Origin: Alphaproteobacteria bacterium | Lineage (GTDB): Bacteria; Pseudomonadota; Alphaproteobacteria; SP197 | DNA length: 64,000 nucleotides | NCBI GenBank assembly: GCA_964291415.2 | Contig: OZ219917.1 | Location: 448,001-512,000 of the forward strand | Direction of reading: 5' to 3' | In this document: positions 45,793-58,355 of the stretch, one piece after another | Layout: each line of letters starts with the position of its first letter | Numbering within the stretch: position 1 is the first letter of the stretch | Position numbers and translations under genes: made by a program | The notes under the pieces: generated by a model | Databases searched by the model: none | Seen by the model: only the letters and a program-made list of their open reading frames with translations | What the model was told of the DNA's origin: nothing

Positions 45793-46950
45793 ATGAGACC
45801 AGCCAACACCATCATGGCAAGCCTCGGGACCACGGTGTTCGAGGTCATGTCGCGCCTGGCGATGGAACATGGATCCATCAATCTTGGCCAGGGGTTTCCC
45901 GACGAGGACGGGCCCCGGGACATTCGCCAGGTTGCGGCCGATGCTCTCGTCGAAGGCCCCAACCAGTATCCGCCCATGACCGGTCTCGCCGAACTCCGCC
46001 AGGCCATCGCGGCCCACGCGCGGCGCTTCTACGGTCTCGACTACGACTGGCAGAGCGAGATCGTCGTCACGTCGGGGGCGACGGAGGCGCTGGCCGACTG
46101 CTTCCTTGCCCTGCTCAATCCGGGCGACGAGGTGGTGCTGCTTGAACCTCTCTACGATTCCTATCCGCCGATGATCGAGCGCGCCGGCGCCATCCCCCGG
46201 TATGTCACCCTTGAACCACCGGAGTGGGAACTCGATCCCCGTGCCCTCGAGGCGGCGTTCACGCCGCGAGCACGCATGATCCTTCTCAACTCGCCGATGA
46301 ATCCCGCCGCCCGTGTGCTGACCATGGCCGAACTCGACCTCATCCGGCGTCTGTGCATCGAGCACGACGTCATCTGCCTGTGTGACGAGGTCTATGAACA
46401 TCTGCTCTTCGACGGTCTCGAGCACCGGCCGATCGCGTCACTTGACGGCATGCGAGAGAGAACCCTGCGGATATCGTCTGCCGGCAAGATCTTCTCGCTG
46501 ACAGGCTGGAAGGTGGGGTGGATCGAGGGACCGGCCGAACTCATGGCCGCCGTCATGAAGGCCCACCAGTTTGTCACCTTCACCACGGCTCCCAACCTGC
46601 AGAAGGCCGTGGCCTACGGGCTGGGGAAGGAGACGGCCTACTACACCGATCTCGCGGCCACTCTCCAGAGCAAGCGCGACCGCCTGGCTGGCGGTCTTGT
46701 CAAGGCCGGGTTCCCGGTCCTGCCCTGCCAGGGCACCTATTTCATCAATGCCGACATCACACCCTTCGGCATCGCCGGCGGCGACGAGGCGTTCTGCCGT
46801 CTCATCACCGAGAAGGCAGGTGTCACCGCCGTTCCGGTCAGCGCCTTCATGCGCAAGGGCAGCATCGACACCCTCATCCGCTTCTGCTTCTGCAAGCAGG
46901 ACGACATCCTCGACGCCGCGGCAGACAGGCTGCAGCGCTTCCTTGCCTGA
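45793..46950 (+). CDS. PLP-dependent class I aminotransferase (YbdL/kynurenine-aminotransferase-like)
   Basis: INLGQGFPD, TSGATEAL, DEVYEH, SAGKIFSLTGWKVGW, RFCFCK. Confidence 0.92.
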   Translation: MRPANTIMASLGTTVFEVMSRLAMEHGSINLGQGFPDEDGPRDIRQVAADALVEGPNQYPPMTGLAELRQAIAAHARRFYGLDYDWQSEIVVTSGATEALADCFLALLNPGDEVVLLEPLYDSYPPMIERAGAIPRYVTLEPPEWELDPRALEAAFTPRARMILLNSPMNPAARVLTMAELDLIRRLCIEHDVICLCDEVYEHLLFDGLEHRPIASLDGMRERTLRISSAGKIFSLTGWKVGWIEGPAELMAAVMKAHQFVTFTTAPNLQKAVAYGLGKETAYYTDLAATLQSKRDRLAGGLVKAGFPVLPCQGTYFINADITPFGIAGGDEAFCRLITEKAGVTAVPVSAFMRKGSIDTLIRFCFCKQDDILDAAADRLQRFLA

Positions 46951-47157
46951 ACCGGCCCGGCCGCCGCCTCAACGTCGACAGGCACGTAGCGTTGCCTTCG
47001 GCAACTCCCGGCCACAACATCCGCAAGACCGTCGAGGGGCGGTTCCAGCACGTCGATGAACTGTCGGGCCATTCGGCGCCGCCCCCGTTCACGGCGCCGT
47101 TTCGCAGACCGCACGGACAGGCAGGCCGGTCCGACCGCGCGGAGACTGCCGCAGGCG

Positions 47158-48321
47158 TCAGCTGAGATAGTCGCTCATGCGGCGGGCCGATTCGCGGATG
47201 TTCTCCATGGACGCGGCGTAGGAGAGGCGCAGGAATCCTTCGCCCATGGCGCCGAAACTGGTGCCGTGGACCGCGGCCACGCCGCACTCCTCGAGCAGGG
47301 CCTGTCCGAGCTCCCAGGAATTGCGCCCCGTTCCGGCGATGTTGGGGAAGGCATAGAACGCTCCACCGGGCATGACGCAGTGAAATCCCGGGATGGCGTT
47401 CAGCAGATCGACGATCACGCCGCGACGCTCTTCGAAGGCCTGGCGCATGGTCTCGACACTGTCCTGCGGGCCGGTGAGGGCGGCAATGCAGGCCATCTGC
47501 GTTGCCGCATTGGTGCAGGAGTTGGCGTTGACGATCATCTTGTCGATGTAGTCCACGAGGCTCTTCGGCCACACGCCGTAGCCGGCCCGCCAGCCGGTCA
47601 TGGCGTAGGTCTTGGACCAGCCGTCGAGCAGGATGAGGCGGTCGCGGATCGACTCATATCCAAGCAGGCTCCGGTGGGCCTTGTTGTCGAAGACAAGACG
47701 GCAATAGATCTCGTCCGACAGCACGGCCACCTCGGGGAAGTCCTCGAGACCGGCAACGAGGCGGTCGAGTTCATCGTCGTCGATGACGCCGCCGGTTGGA
47801 TTGCCCGGGCTGTTGATGATGACCAGCCGCGTGCGATCCGACAGCTTCGACAGCACTTCGTCGGCGCTGAAGGAAAACAGCCTGTCCTCATGAAGCTCGA
47901 TTGCAACGGGCGTGGCGCCCGTATAGCGGATCATGGATTCGTAGATCGGAAAACCCGGATTGGGGTAGAGAATCTCGTGGCCCGGCTGACCGAACATGAG
48001 GATGGCGAAGAACATCGTCATCTTGCCTCCCGGAACCACCATGACCTGTTCCGGAGACACCTCGACGCCACGATGTTTCAGGATGTCGGCCGCCACCGCT
48101 TCGCGCAGGGGCATCATGCCCGGAGCCGGGGTATACCCGTGATGGCCGTCGCGCAGGGCCTTGACCGCCGCCTCGACGATATGATCCGGCGTGCGGAAGT
48201 CCGGCTGGCCGATTCCCAGATTGATGATGTCGCGCCCTTCGGCGGCAAGCTGGTTGGCGCGGGCGAGAACGGCGAACGCGGTCTCAGAGCCCATGTTCTG
48301 GAGATTGTCGGCAGGAATCAT
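47158..48321 (-). CDS. PLP-dependent class I aminotransferase (aspartate aminotransferase-like)
   Basis: NLGIGQPDF, NSPGNPTG, SDEIY, GWSKTYAMTGWR, LRLSYA; the track's 5' extension across the tRNA is spurious. Confidence 0.92.
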   Translation of the reverse strand: MIPADNLQNMGSETAFAVLARANQLAAEGRDIINLGIGQPDFRTPDHIVEAAVKALRDGHHGYTPAPGMMPLREAVAADILKHRGVEVSPEQVMVVPGGKMTMFFAILMFGQPGHEILYPNPGFPIYESMIRYTGATPVAIELHEDRLFSFSADEVLSKLSDRTRLVIINSPGNPTGGVIDDDELDRLVAGLEDFPEVAVLSDEIYCRLVFDNKAHRSLLGYESIRDRLILLDGWSKTYAMTGWRAGYGVWPKSLVDYIDKMIVNANSCTNAATQMACIAALTGPQDSVETMRQAFEERRGVIVDLLNAIPGFHCVMPGGAFYAFPNIAGTGRNSWELGQALLEECGVAAVHGTSFGAMGEGFLRLSYAASMENIRESARRMSDYLS

Positions 48322-48386
48322 GTCGGGTCCGGCGTGTCGGGTTGACCAGGAGACGGCTGGCGTCGTAGAGAACGGCAGGTCGCTGT

Positions 48387-48463
48387 GGTGGCTATAGCTC
48401 AGTTGGTCAGAGCGCCTGGTTGTGGTCCAGGAGGCCGTCGGTTCGAATCCGACTAGCCACCCC
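48387..48463 (+). tRNA. tRNA-His (GTG) with G-1 and C73
   Basis: Acceptor GTGGCTA/TAGCCAC, D-arm GCTCAGTTGGTCAGAGC, anticodon loop TTGTGGT, T-loop GTTCGAATC; encoded 3' end is CCG, not CCA. Confidence 0.95.
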
Positions 48464-48543
48464 GAACCATGCACCGAATGCCGGTCGGCATTTGCGTGAT
48501 TGCGACATTCCCTTTCCGGAACACGACATCGAATCGGTCGACG

Positions 48544-49467
48544 TCACGACGCTCCGACGGTCGCCGGCTCGGCGTCGCCGAGTTCCGGAATGGGCCCCGG
48601 GTAGTAGGGAAGACGGTCGCGCCGTGGCGTCCAGGAGCCGCTTTCCTCGAGGTGCCGGACATGGGAGGCGATGTCCTCGAGGGTGGCGAACCAGACATCG
48701 CCCTTCTCATGCATATGGCGGATGAGATTCCTCATCTCCCTGGCCCGGGCAAGGCGTCCGCTGAGGAAGGGATGCCACACCGAAACCCACAGGCCGCCGT
48801 ACTCCCAGGCGGCATCGAACTCCTCGCGGAAGACCCTGTGCGCCTCTGCCGCCGACTTGATTGGCATCAGGGTTCCGAACTCCCGGGAGAACTGGAAGTG
48901 GGGCCAGTCGTCGAGGCCGTAGTGGCTCGGCAGTTCGACAACCGATCCACGGTCATTCTCCAGGACATAGGGCACATCGTCACCGAAGAGCGAGGCGTCG
49001 TAGTGGATGCCCGCATCGACGAGGATGTCGAGGGTGTTTCGCGAGAAACGGTAGGCGGCGGCGCGGTAGCCGGCCGGCCGCTGGCCCGTTGCCTGGACGA
49101 TGGCATTGACGCTGCGCTCGAACCAGGAGCGCTCTTCGGCCGCCGACATCTCGTTGGCATGTTCATGGAGGTAGTGGTGGTGGCCGATCTCGTGGCCCCC
49201 CTCGAGGATCCTGTCCACCGCCGCCGGATACCGCTCGATGCACCATGCCGGAAGGAAGAATGTCTGGCGCATGGAGAATTCCGCGTAGAGGTCGACGAGC
49301 CGCGGCACGGCGACCTCGGGTCCGTAGCGCAGGGCAGACAGTGCGGCCACCCTGGTGTCGGCCGTGCGGTGGAAATCGAGATGAAGGATGGAATCGGCAT
49401 CCATGTCGAACGTGAAGGCGACGGCGCAGCGGGCGCCACCGGGCCATGGCGGAGGATTGGCGATCAT
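48544..49467 (-). CDS. CE4 polysaccharide deacetylase (PuuE/HP0310-like)
   Basis: TFDMDAD, TFFLPAW, HEIGHHHYLHE, YDASL, WHPFLSGR. Confidence 0.88.
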   Translation of the reverse strand: MIANPPPWPGGARCAVAFTFDMDADSILHLDFHRTADTRVAALSALRYGPEVAVPRLVDLYAEFSMRQTFFLPAWCIERYPAAVDRILEGGHEIGHHHYLHEHANEMSAAEERSWFERSVNAIVQATGQRPAGYRAAAYRFSRNTLDILVDAGIHYDASLFGDDVPYVLENDRGSVVELPSHYGLDDWPHFQFSREFGTLMPIKSAAEAHRVFREEFDAAWEYGGLWVSVWHPFLSGRLARAREMRNLIRHMHEKGDVWFATLEDIASHVRHLEESGSWTPRRDRLPYYPGPIPELGDAEPATVGAS

Positions 49468-50270
49468 GCCTGCGGCTCCTCGTCGGCCTTGTCGTGATGG
49501 AGTTCGGCAAAGAACAGGTTCAGCGCTGTCACGACGAAGCACATCATCACGATGTTGACGATCATGTTCACATAGTTCACGACCAGCCCGACCAAGCCAC
49601 CGAAACCACGCTCGACAAACATGCCGCTCAGGTGGATCAGGACGATGCTGACGACCACCAACGGCAGGCACACAAGGATCAGCGTTGCCGATATCTGGGC
49701 TCCGTGGCCCCGGGTGACCTGCCAGCTGCGAATGAGGTCCGCCCCCTGGCCCAGGGCAATGGACGGAAGAACGAGGGACGACCGGGCGACGATGAGAATG
49801 GCTGGCACCATGCCGATCAGAAAGGCGAAGATCTGCCCCAGCGGACCGGAGACGCCGAAAGTGGCAGCCAGAAGAGCGGCCACCATGCCGGTCACCACGT
49901 AGAGGCCCATGAACACGATGATGGCGAGGAAGACGGCAATGATGCCGTAGAGAAACTCGCGGAACCCGAATCGGATGTAGATGCGCATCCTCGAGGGGTC
50001 GAACCCGGCCAGCATGGTGCGGTGCCACGCCACGGCGATCATGGCCTGCACCATGAGACCGGCAATGGCGAGGACGGCAAGGCGCAGAATGCCGTCGGGC
50101 GGCATGCCGGTCTCCCCGGTGACGGGTGTGCCAGGGGTCAGGAGGTGGACCGCCACGGCAACAAGCAGGACCGGGAACCAGGACAGACGCAGAATGGAAT
50201 CGATGCCTGCCCAGGTCTTCCTGAAGGCACCAAACGCAAAATGCAGAGGGTGAATCCTGATGTCCCTCAT
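49464..50270 (-). CDS. Hypothetical integral membrane protein
   Basis: About 6 hydrophobic segments, AVAWHR motif; stop overlaps the next gene's start. Confidence 0.75.
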   Translation of the reverse strand: MRDIRIHPLHFAFGAFRKTWAGIDSILRLSWFPVLLVAVAVHLLTPGTPVTGETGMPPDGILRLAVLAIAGLMVQAMIAVAWHRTMLAGFDPSRMRIYIRFGFREFLYGIIAVFLAIIVFMGLYVVTGMVAALLAATFGVSGPLGQIFAFLIGMVPAILIVARSSLVLPSIALGQGADLIRSWQVTRGHGAQISATLILVCLPLVVVSIVLIHLSGMFVERGFGGLVGLVVNYVNMIVNIVMMCFVVTALNLFFAELHHDKADEEPQA

Positions 50271-50323
50271 AACCGGCTCCGGACGCGATTGACGCTCACC
50301 CTAACAGAACGCGCCGACACTGA

Positions 50324-52420
<2,097 letters not shown>

Positions 52421-52430
52421 CTGCAGGCCC

Positions 52431-52985
52431 ATGAGACGCCTGGCAGCGATGGGGCTTGTCCTCGCTCTCCTGGGATGCGCCGGCGACGGATCGCGGACAC
52501 TCGTGACCCATGTCAGTCAGGAGCCGCTCTTCTCGCCCGGGCTCATGCACTGGATCGCGTCGTCGCCACAGGGATTCGTCATGCGGGTGGCTGCGGCCGA
52601 CGGGGATGCCCGGTGGGCTGACGAAGCCAAGGCGGCGCTGGAGACTATCGCCTGGATGCCCTTCGACGCCCTGACCATCGATCATTCAGGTTCGCACGAT
52701 TCCGTGTTCCACCTCGCTCTCGTGGTTCACGCACTGTCCACCGTGCCGGCGGACGGCGCCTGCAGCGGTGACATGACGCCGATCTCCGGCCACGGCGATG
52801 TCGTGATCGCCCTGTGCCACGGTGGACGGGCTGTCGCCACGGCGCGGGCCACGGCTGCGGCGCCGCTCGTGCCCGGCTCTTCCTCATTCCACGAGGCTGT
52901 GAGGGCTGCCGCCATCGCCGCCTTCCCGCGTCGCGATCCGGACGAACCCGATTTCGACCCCGTCATTCTTCTGCCCGTGGTCTGA
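52431..52985 (+). CDS. Hypothetical lipoprotein
   Basis: Lipobox MRRLAAMGLVLALLGC. Confidence 0.65.
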   Translation: MRRLAAMGLVLALLGCAGDGSRTLVTHVSQEPLFSPGLMHWIASSPQGFVMRVAAADGDARWADEAKAALETIAWMPFDALTIDHSGSHDSVFHLALVVHALSTVPADGACSGDMTPISGHGDVVIALCHGGRAVATARATAAAPLVPGSSSFHEAVRAAAIAAFPRRDPDEPDFDPVILLPVV

Positions 52986-53086
52986 GGACGCTGGTTGACC
53001 TCGACCGCATCAACGGAGTATCCGCCTCGCAGCGGCCGTTGCGTTGTCTCCATCACGGCTACATTCGACCAGGAACACGGACAGGC

Positions 53087-54469
53087 ATGAAATTCGAAGA
53101 CCTGGGACTTGGTCCTGAAGTCCTGGAGGCCATCGCGAAGGCCGGTTACCACGAAGCCACGCCAATCCAGCAGCAAGCCATCCCGGTGGCGCTGCAGGGC
53201 CGCGATCTCCTCGGCTGTGCGCAGACCGGGACCGGCAAGACAGCGGCTTTCGTGCTGCCGCTGATCGACATTCTCATGGGGAGCAGGGCGCGCATGCGCA
53301 TGCCGCGGGCGCTCATCATCTCGCCGACCCGCGAGTTGGCGCAACAGACCATGGAGAACTTCCGCATCTACGCCAGCCTGACCGAACTCGAGGCGGCGCT
53401 GCTTGTCGGAGGCAACGACATGAAGGCCCAGGAACAGGCGCTGACCGGTCATGTGGATTTCCTGATCGCCACACCCGGGCGTCTGCTCGACATGATCGAG
53501 CGCGGAAAGGTTCTGATGATGGGTGTCAAACACCTCGTCATTGACGAGGCCGACAGGATGCTGGACATGGGGTTCATTCCCGATGTCGAGCGCATCTGCA
53601 CCATGTTGCCGCCGCTTCGCCACACGCTGATGTTCTCGGCCACCATGCCCGCCGAGATCCGCAAGCTGGCAGAGAAGTTTCTCCACAATCCCAGGGAAGT
53701 GGCAGTGGCGCCTCCGGACTCCCCGGCCGATACCGTGGATCAGTCCCTTGTCATCGTCGAGGATGGTCGTGAGAAGAAACGGGCCTTGCGCCGCCTGCTG
53801 GACATGCAGGAGGTGACGAGCTCCATGATCTTCGTCAACCGCAAGCGGGATGTCGATTCCCTCCATGGGTCCCTGGTTCGCCGCGGAATCGACGCCGTGC
53901 GCATGCAGGGCGACATGTCACAGCACGACCGGGAGACCGCGCTTGCCGCCTTCAAGAATGGCGAGTCCCGAACCATGGTGTGTACCGACGTGGCCGGCCG
54001 CGGCATCGACATCTTCGGTGTCAGCCATGTCATCTGCTACGACGTACCCGTCCATGCCGAGGACTATGTCCACCGCATCGGCCGAACAGGCCGCGCCGGC
54101 ATGAGGGGCTGTTCCTACATGCTGGCGACGCCTGAAGATCGCGATGCGCTCGACGCCATTGCCAGACTCATTTCCCGTCAGGTGCCGATGGTCGAGATCG
54201 AGGGCATCCGCCACGCCGACCTCACGTGCGCGCCGGACCGGCCCCAGGGCCGCCGCCGCCGAGACCGGCGGAGTTGGGAAAAGGATGATGCGACGGCGCG
54301 CCGTCGCGAGGCCGCCCGGGGCGAGGCCCAGGAGAAAGAGATGGAAGACGCCGGCGCCGTTCCCTTCGGCGAGGGGCCGTTCGTGCCGGCATTCCTGATG
54401 CGACCGGTTGCAACCGGCAACACCAGGGGAACACGGACCCGGGGAGACAGCGACCGTGCCGACAGGTGA
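53087..54469 (+). CDS. DEAD-box RNA helicase
   Basis: AQTGTGKT, PTRELA, TPGR, DEAD, SAT, HRIGRTGR. Confidence 0.95.
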   Translation: MKFEDLGLGPEVLEAIAKAGYHEATPIQQQAIPVALQGRDLLGCAQTGTGKTAAFVLPLIDILMGSRARMRMPRALIISPTRELAQQTMENFRIYASLTELEAALLVGGNDMKAQEQALTGHVDFLIATPGRLLDMIERGKVLMMGVKHLVIDEADRMLDMGFIPDVERICTMLPPLRHTLMFSATMPAEIRKLAEKFLHNPREVAVAPPDSPADTVDQSLVIVEDGREKKRALRRLLDMQEVTSSMIFVNRKRDVDSLHGSLVRRGIDAVRMQGDMSQHDRETALAAFKNGESRTMVCTDVAGRGIDIFGVSHVICYDVPVHAEDYVHRIGRTGRAGMRGCSYMLATPEDRDALDAIARLISRQVPMVEIEGIRHADLTCAPDRPQGRRRRDRRSWEKDDATARRREAARGEAQEKEMEDAGAVPFGEGPFVPAFLMRPVATGNTRGTRTRGDSDRADR

Positions 54470-55229
54470 TCTCATTCGCAATGCCATGAAGGAGGGCGCG
54501 AAGCAGCTCGGAGCGTGGGTGAACATGGAGAGCCCGATCGCGACCGAAATCATGGCCGGCGCCGGATTCGACTTCATCATGATTGACCAGGAACACGGTC
54601 CGGGCGACGCCCTTTCCGCCATCACGCAGCTGCAAGCCATCCGTTCGGGTGGCACAGGGACGGCCATGATGCGGGTGAGGGACAACGACACCCAGTTCAT
54701 CAAGAAGGCCCTTGATACCGGCATCGACGGCATCATGGTGCCACTCGTCGAGACCGCCGAAGCGGCATCCCAGGTGGTGGCGGCCTGCAGGTTGCCACCG
54801 CTCGGGGTGCGCGGAGTCGCTCCCGGCAACGTCCGGGCCGCGCGCTACGGCTACGACAAGGATGCCTTCATCCGCAATCGCGGTGAGGATGTCCTTGTGC
54901 TGAGCCAGGTCGAGACCGAGGAGACTGTCGGCAATCTTCCCGACATCGGCGCCATCGAGGGTATCGACGTTCTCTTCATCGGCCGCAACGACCTTTCAAG
55001 CAGTATCGACCGGCTTCATGATCAGGCCTCTCCGGAAGCCCGCGAACTGCTGGACGAGGCGGAGCGCCGCATCAGGGAATCGGGACGTCTGCTCGGCGGC
55101 ATTCCGGCGCCCTTCGACGGTCCTGTGGCCATGTTCGAGAGAGGTTACGACTTGGTGCTCGCAGTCGCCGATCATGCGTTGCTGCGGGATGCTGCTGTCG
55201 CTGCGGTGGCGTCGTTCAGGCCTGCCTGA
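54456..55229 (+). CDS. HpcH/HpaI-family aldolase
   Basis: GFDFIMIDQEHGP, PPLGVRG, QVET, LFIGRNDLS. Confidence 0.9.
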   Translation: MPTGDLIRNAMKEGAKQLGAWVNMESPIATEIMAGAGFDFIMIDQEHGPGDALSAITQLQAIRSGGTGTAMMRVRDNDTQFIKKALDTGIDGIMVPLVETAEAASQVVAACRLPPLGVRGVAPGNVRAARYGYDKDAFIRNRGEDVLVLSQVETEETVGNLPDIGAIEGIDVLFIGRNDLSSSIDRLHDQASPEARELLDEAERRIRESGRLLGGIPAPFDGPVAMFERGYDLVLAVADHALLRDAAVAAVASFRPA

Positions 55230-55900
55230 TGGTGGTCCCGTTCGGACCCCTTCTCGAGCGGGCGACGAATCGCTCTGGTGGACACCGGAATCTCCAGGCC
55301 CGGCTCCCCCAGCCGAAGTCGGAGGCGGACCTTGCCGCCACTGGCGACGATCGTTACCTCTCGATGATGTCGCTGCGCATCTTTCGCGCCGGTCTCAAGC
55401 ATGCTCTCGTCGATTCGAAGTGGCCGGCCTTCGAAGATGCCTTCCACGGTTTCACGCCGAAGAGGGTGGCCATGATGAGCGACGAGGACCTTGACGAGAT
55501 GATGGCGAACAGGGCGCTCATCCGCCACTGGACCAAGATTTCGGCGGTTCGCAGCAACGCCACGTCCATGGTTGCCAAGTCCGCGGAGCACGGCGGATTC
55601 GGGTCGTGGATCGCCGGTTGGCCAGGCAGCGACATCGTCGGGTTGTGGATGGCGCTGGCAAAGGAATTCAGGCAGCTCGGCGGCAATTCGGGTCCTTCCT
55701 TTCTGAGAATGGCGGGAAAGGACACCTTCGTGCTGACCGGCGATGTGGTCGGGGCGCTGATCGACAACGGCATCGTCGCCCGCCCGCCCACGGGCAAGGC
55801 CGCGAAGCGCCAGGTCGCGGCCGCCTTCAATGCGTGGGCCGAGGAGACCGGCTTGCCGTTGTGTCATCTTTCCATGATCCTGGCTCTCTCCCGAGAGTGA
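55229..55900 (+). CDS. DNA-3-methyladenine glycosylase I-like protein
   Basis: DDRYLS...IFRAG...KWPAFEDAFHGF, IRHWTKI..VRSNA, FLRMAGKDTF. Confidence 0.8.
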   Translation: MVVPFGPLLERATNRSGGHRNLQARLPQPKSEADLAATGDDRYLSMMSLRIFRAGLKHALVDSKWPAFEDAFHGFTPKRVAMMSDEDLDEMMANRALIRHWTKISAVRSNATSMVAKSAEHGGFGSWIAGWPGSDIVGLWMALAKEFRQLGGNSGPSFLRMAGKDTFVLTGDVVGALIDNGIVARPPTGKAAKRQVAAAFNAWAEETGLPLCHLSMILALSRE

Positions 55901-55914
55901 TCCGGCCCCCATCG

Positions 55915-58344
55915 ATGGCTGCCGCCATCCCCGAGACCGCACGCATCGTCATTGTCGGCGGCGGCATCATGGGAACCGGTCTTGCCCACGGGCTGGTCGC
56001 CGAGGGTTGCCGGGACGTGGTTCTCCTGGAGAAGGCCGAACTCACATCGGGCTCGACGTGGCACGCGGCCGGACAGATCACGCACTCGACATCAAGCCTC
56101 ACGCTGGGAAAGTGCGTCGACTACAACATCCGCCTCTATTCGGGCGGCCTCGAACAGGAGTCGGGACAGCCGGTGACCTGGCACGGATGCGGTTCGCTGC
56201 GCCTCGCCTACAGGGAAGACGAGATGGACTGGCTGCGCCACACCCTTGGGGTGGGCACGTCCCTGGGATTCGCCATGGAACTTGTCGGTCCGGAACGCAT
56301 TCGTGCCCTTCATCCCTTCTACAATCTCGACGGGGTGCGGGGTGCTCTCCATACCCCGGACGACGGCCACGTCGACCCCTCCGGTGTCGTCCAGGCCTTT
56401 GCCACGGTGGTGCGCCGTGAAGGCGTGAAGATTGTGCGCCGCTGCCGTGTGACCGGCATCGCCCGAACCTCGCAGGACGAATGGAAGGTGACGACGGACA
56501 GGGGTGTCATCACGTGCGAGCACGTGGTCAATGCCGCCGGCGCTCATGCGAGGCAGATCGGCGCCTGGAACGGGATCGACATTCCGGCCACCTCGATGAC
56601 CCACCACTACCTCGTCACCGATACCGTTCCCCAGTTTCTCGATCTCGATCGGGAACTTCCCGTGGTGCGTGACGACCACCTGGTCTCCGGTTACGTCAGG
56701 ATGGAGCAGAAATCGGGGCTCATCGGAATCTACGAGAAGCGCAACCCCAACGCGGTGTGGGTCGAGCACTGCCCCTGGGAGGCGGAAAACGAACTCTTCG
56801 AACCCGACTTCGAACGCATCATGCCGTGGTTGCAGAACGCCATGGAGCGGATGCCGGTCCTGAGCGAGGTCGGCATTCGCCGCACCGTGCACGGGGCCAT
56901 TTCCCATCCCCCCGACGGCAATCCGCTGATCGGTCCGGTCCCCGGCGTGAGAAACTACTGGTGCTGCTGTGGCACACAGATCGGCATCGGGTGGGGCCCC
57001 GGCCTTGCCAGGGAGCTGGCGCGATGGATCGTCCATGGCACCGCGGATCTCTCCATGAACGCCTTCGATCCGCGACGCTACGGATCGTGGGCGACGAGAG
57101 ATTGGCAGGTGATCAAGGCCAGGGAAGACTACTGCCTGCGCCACGAAGTTCCCTTTCCCGACCTCAACAGATACGCCGGACGCCCGGTCAGGCCCTCGCC
57201 GGTCCACGACCGGAATGCCGATGCCGGAGCCGTCTTCGAGGATGTCTGCGGTCACGAAAGGCCACGCTGGTTTGCTGCCGCAGGCGCGGCCGCGGAAGAA
57301 CAGCATTCCTTTCGTCGCACCATCGTTGACGACTTCGTGGCTGGAGAGGTGCGGACGGTCACCTCCCGGGCGGGGCTCATGGACATCACCGCCTTCACAA
57401 GGATCGAGGTGGCGGGTCGCCAGGCGCCTCGCCTGCTCGACGGGCTGGTTGCCAACCGCCTGCCAGGCAGGGACGGCGGCACCGTCCTTGCCCACATGCT
57501 GAATGCGGCCGGTCGCATCGAGATTGAACTCGTCATCGTCAGGATGACGGCGGAGCGCTTCCTGCTCATTGCATCGGCAGCTCTCGAACAGCGCCTGCTT
57601 GACCACCTGCCAGCCGGCCAGGGCATCACGGTCACCAACCGATCGGCTGCATGGGCGGGACTCTCCCTCCAGGGGCCACGGTCGCGCGACATCCTGGCCG
57701 CGGTCACCGACAGTGCGCTCGACAACGCCTCCTTTCCCTGGATGACGGCGCAACGCATAGCCATCGCCAGCCACCCGGTATGGGCCTTGCGCCTTTCCTA
57801 TGTCGGGGAACTGGGCTGGGAGCTCCACTGTCACCGCAACGCCCTGCCAGAGGTGCACGACGCACTCGTCGATGCCGGGGCGCCACACGGCATGGGACGC
57901 TACGGATCCTTTGCCATGAATGCGATGCGCCTGGAGAAGGCCTTTCGGGGAGGGGCTGAACTCACCAACGAGGTCACCATGCCGGAAGCCGGCATGATGC
58001 GTTTCGTCAAGCTCGACAAGGGCGCCTTTGTTGGTCGCCAGGCGACCTTCGAGTGTCTCTCCGGGCCCCTGAAGTGGGCCTGTGCCTATCTCGAGGTGGA
58101 AGACGGCGATGACTGCGACGGCCACGCCGGCGAGGCGGTCCTTATGGAGGGGAGGCGTGTAGGCGCCGTCAGTTCAATCGCCCGGGGGAACCGGACGGGA
58201 AGAATTCTGGGCTTTGCCTGGGTGACGCCGGAGGCTGCCCGGCCGGACACGTCGCTTGACGTCATGGTCCTCGGCAGGCCGCGGCCCGCGCGGGTTCTTG
58301 GCGAGGCAGCCTGGGATCCCCGGAACCTGCGTCCCCGGTCGTGA
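55915..58344 (+). CDS. GcvT-family FAD oxidoreductase (dimethylglycine/sarcosine dehydrogenase-like)
   Basis: VGGGIMG, SGSTWHAAG, PDGNPLIGP, SYVGELGWELH, MRLEKAF. Confidence 0.92.
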   Translation: MAAAIPETARIVIVGGGIMGTGLAHGLVAEGCRDVVLLEKAELTSGSTWHAAGQITHSTSSLTLGKCVDYNIRLYSGGLEQESGQPVTWHGCGSLRLAYREDEMDWLRHTLGVGTSLGFAMELVGPERIRALHPFYNLDGVRGALHTPDDGHVDPSGVVQAFATVVRREGVKIVRRCRVTGIARTSQDEWKVTTDRGVITCEHVVNAAGAHARQIGAWNGIDIPATSMTHHYLVTDTVPQFLDLDRELPVVRDDHLVSGYVRMEQKSGLIGIYEKRNPNAVWVEHCPWEAENELFEPDFERIMPWLQNAMERMPVLSEVGIRRTVHGAISHPPDGNPLIGPVPGVRNYWCCCGTQIGIGWGPGLARELARWIVHGTADLSMNAFDPRRYGSWATRDWQVIKAREDYCLRHEVPFPDLNRYAGRPVRPSPVHDRNADAGAVFEDVCGHERPRWFAAAGAAAEEQHSFRRTIVDDFVAGEVRTVTSRAGLMDITAFTRIEVAGRQAPRLLDGLVANRLPGRDGGTVLAHMLNAAGRIEIELVIVRMTAERFLLIASAALEQRLLDHLPAGQGITVTNRSAAWAGLSLQGPRSRDILAAVTDSALDNASFPWMTAQRIAIASHPVWALRLSYVGELGWELHCHRNALPEVHDALVDAGAPHGMGRYGSFAMNAMRLEKAFRGGAELTNEVTMPEAGMMRFVKLDKGAFVGRQATFECLSGPLKWACAYLEVEDGDDCDGHAGEAVLMEGRRVGAVSSIARGNRTGRILGFAWVTPEAARPDTSLDVMVLGRPRPARVLGEAAWDPRNLRPRS

Positions 58345-58355
58345 CGACGGGATTG

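Noticed and set aside
48544-50028. 494-aa extended deacetylase; also the 912-aa GcvT and 551-aa helicase extensions
   Set aside because: The extensions overlap upstream genes in other frames; starts were reassigned to downstream ATGs
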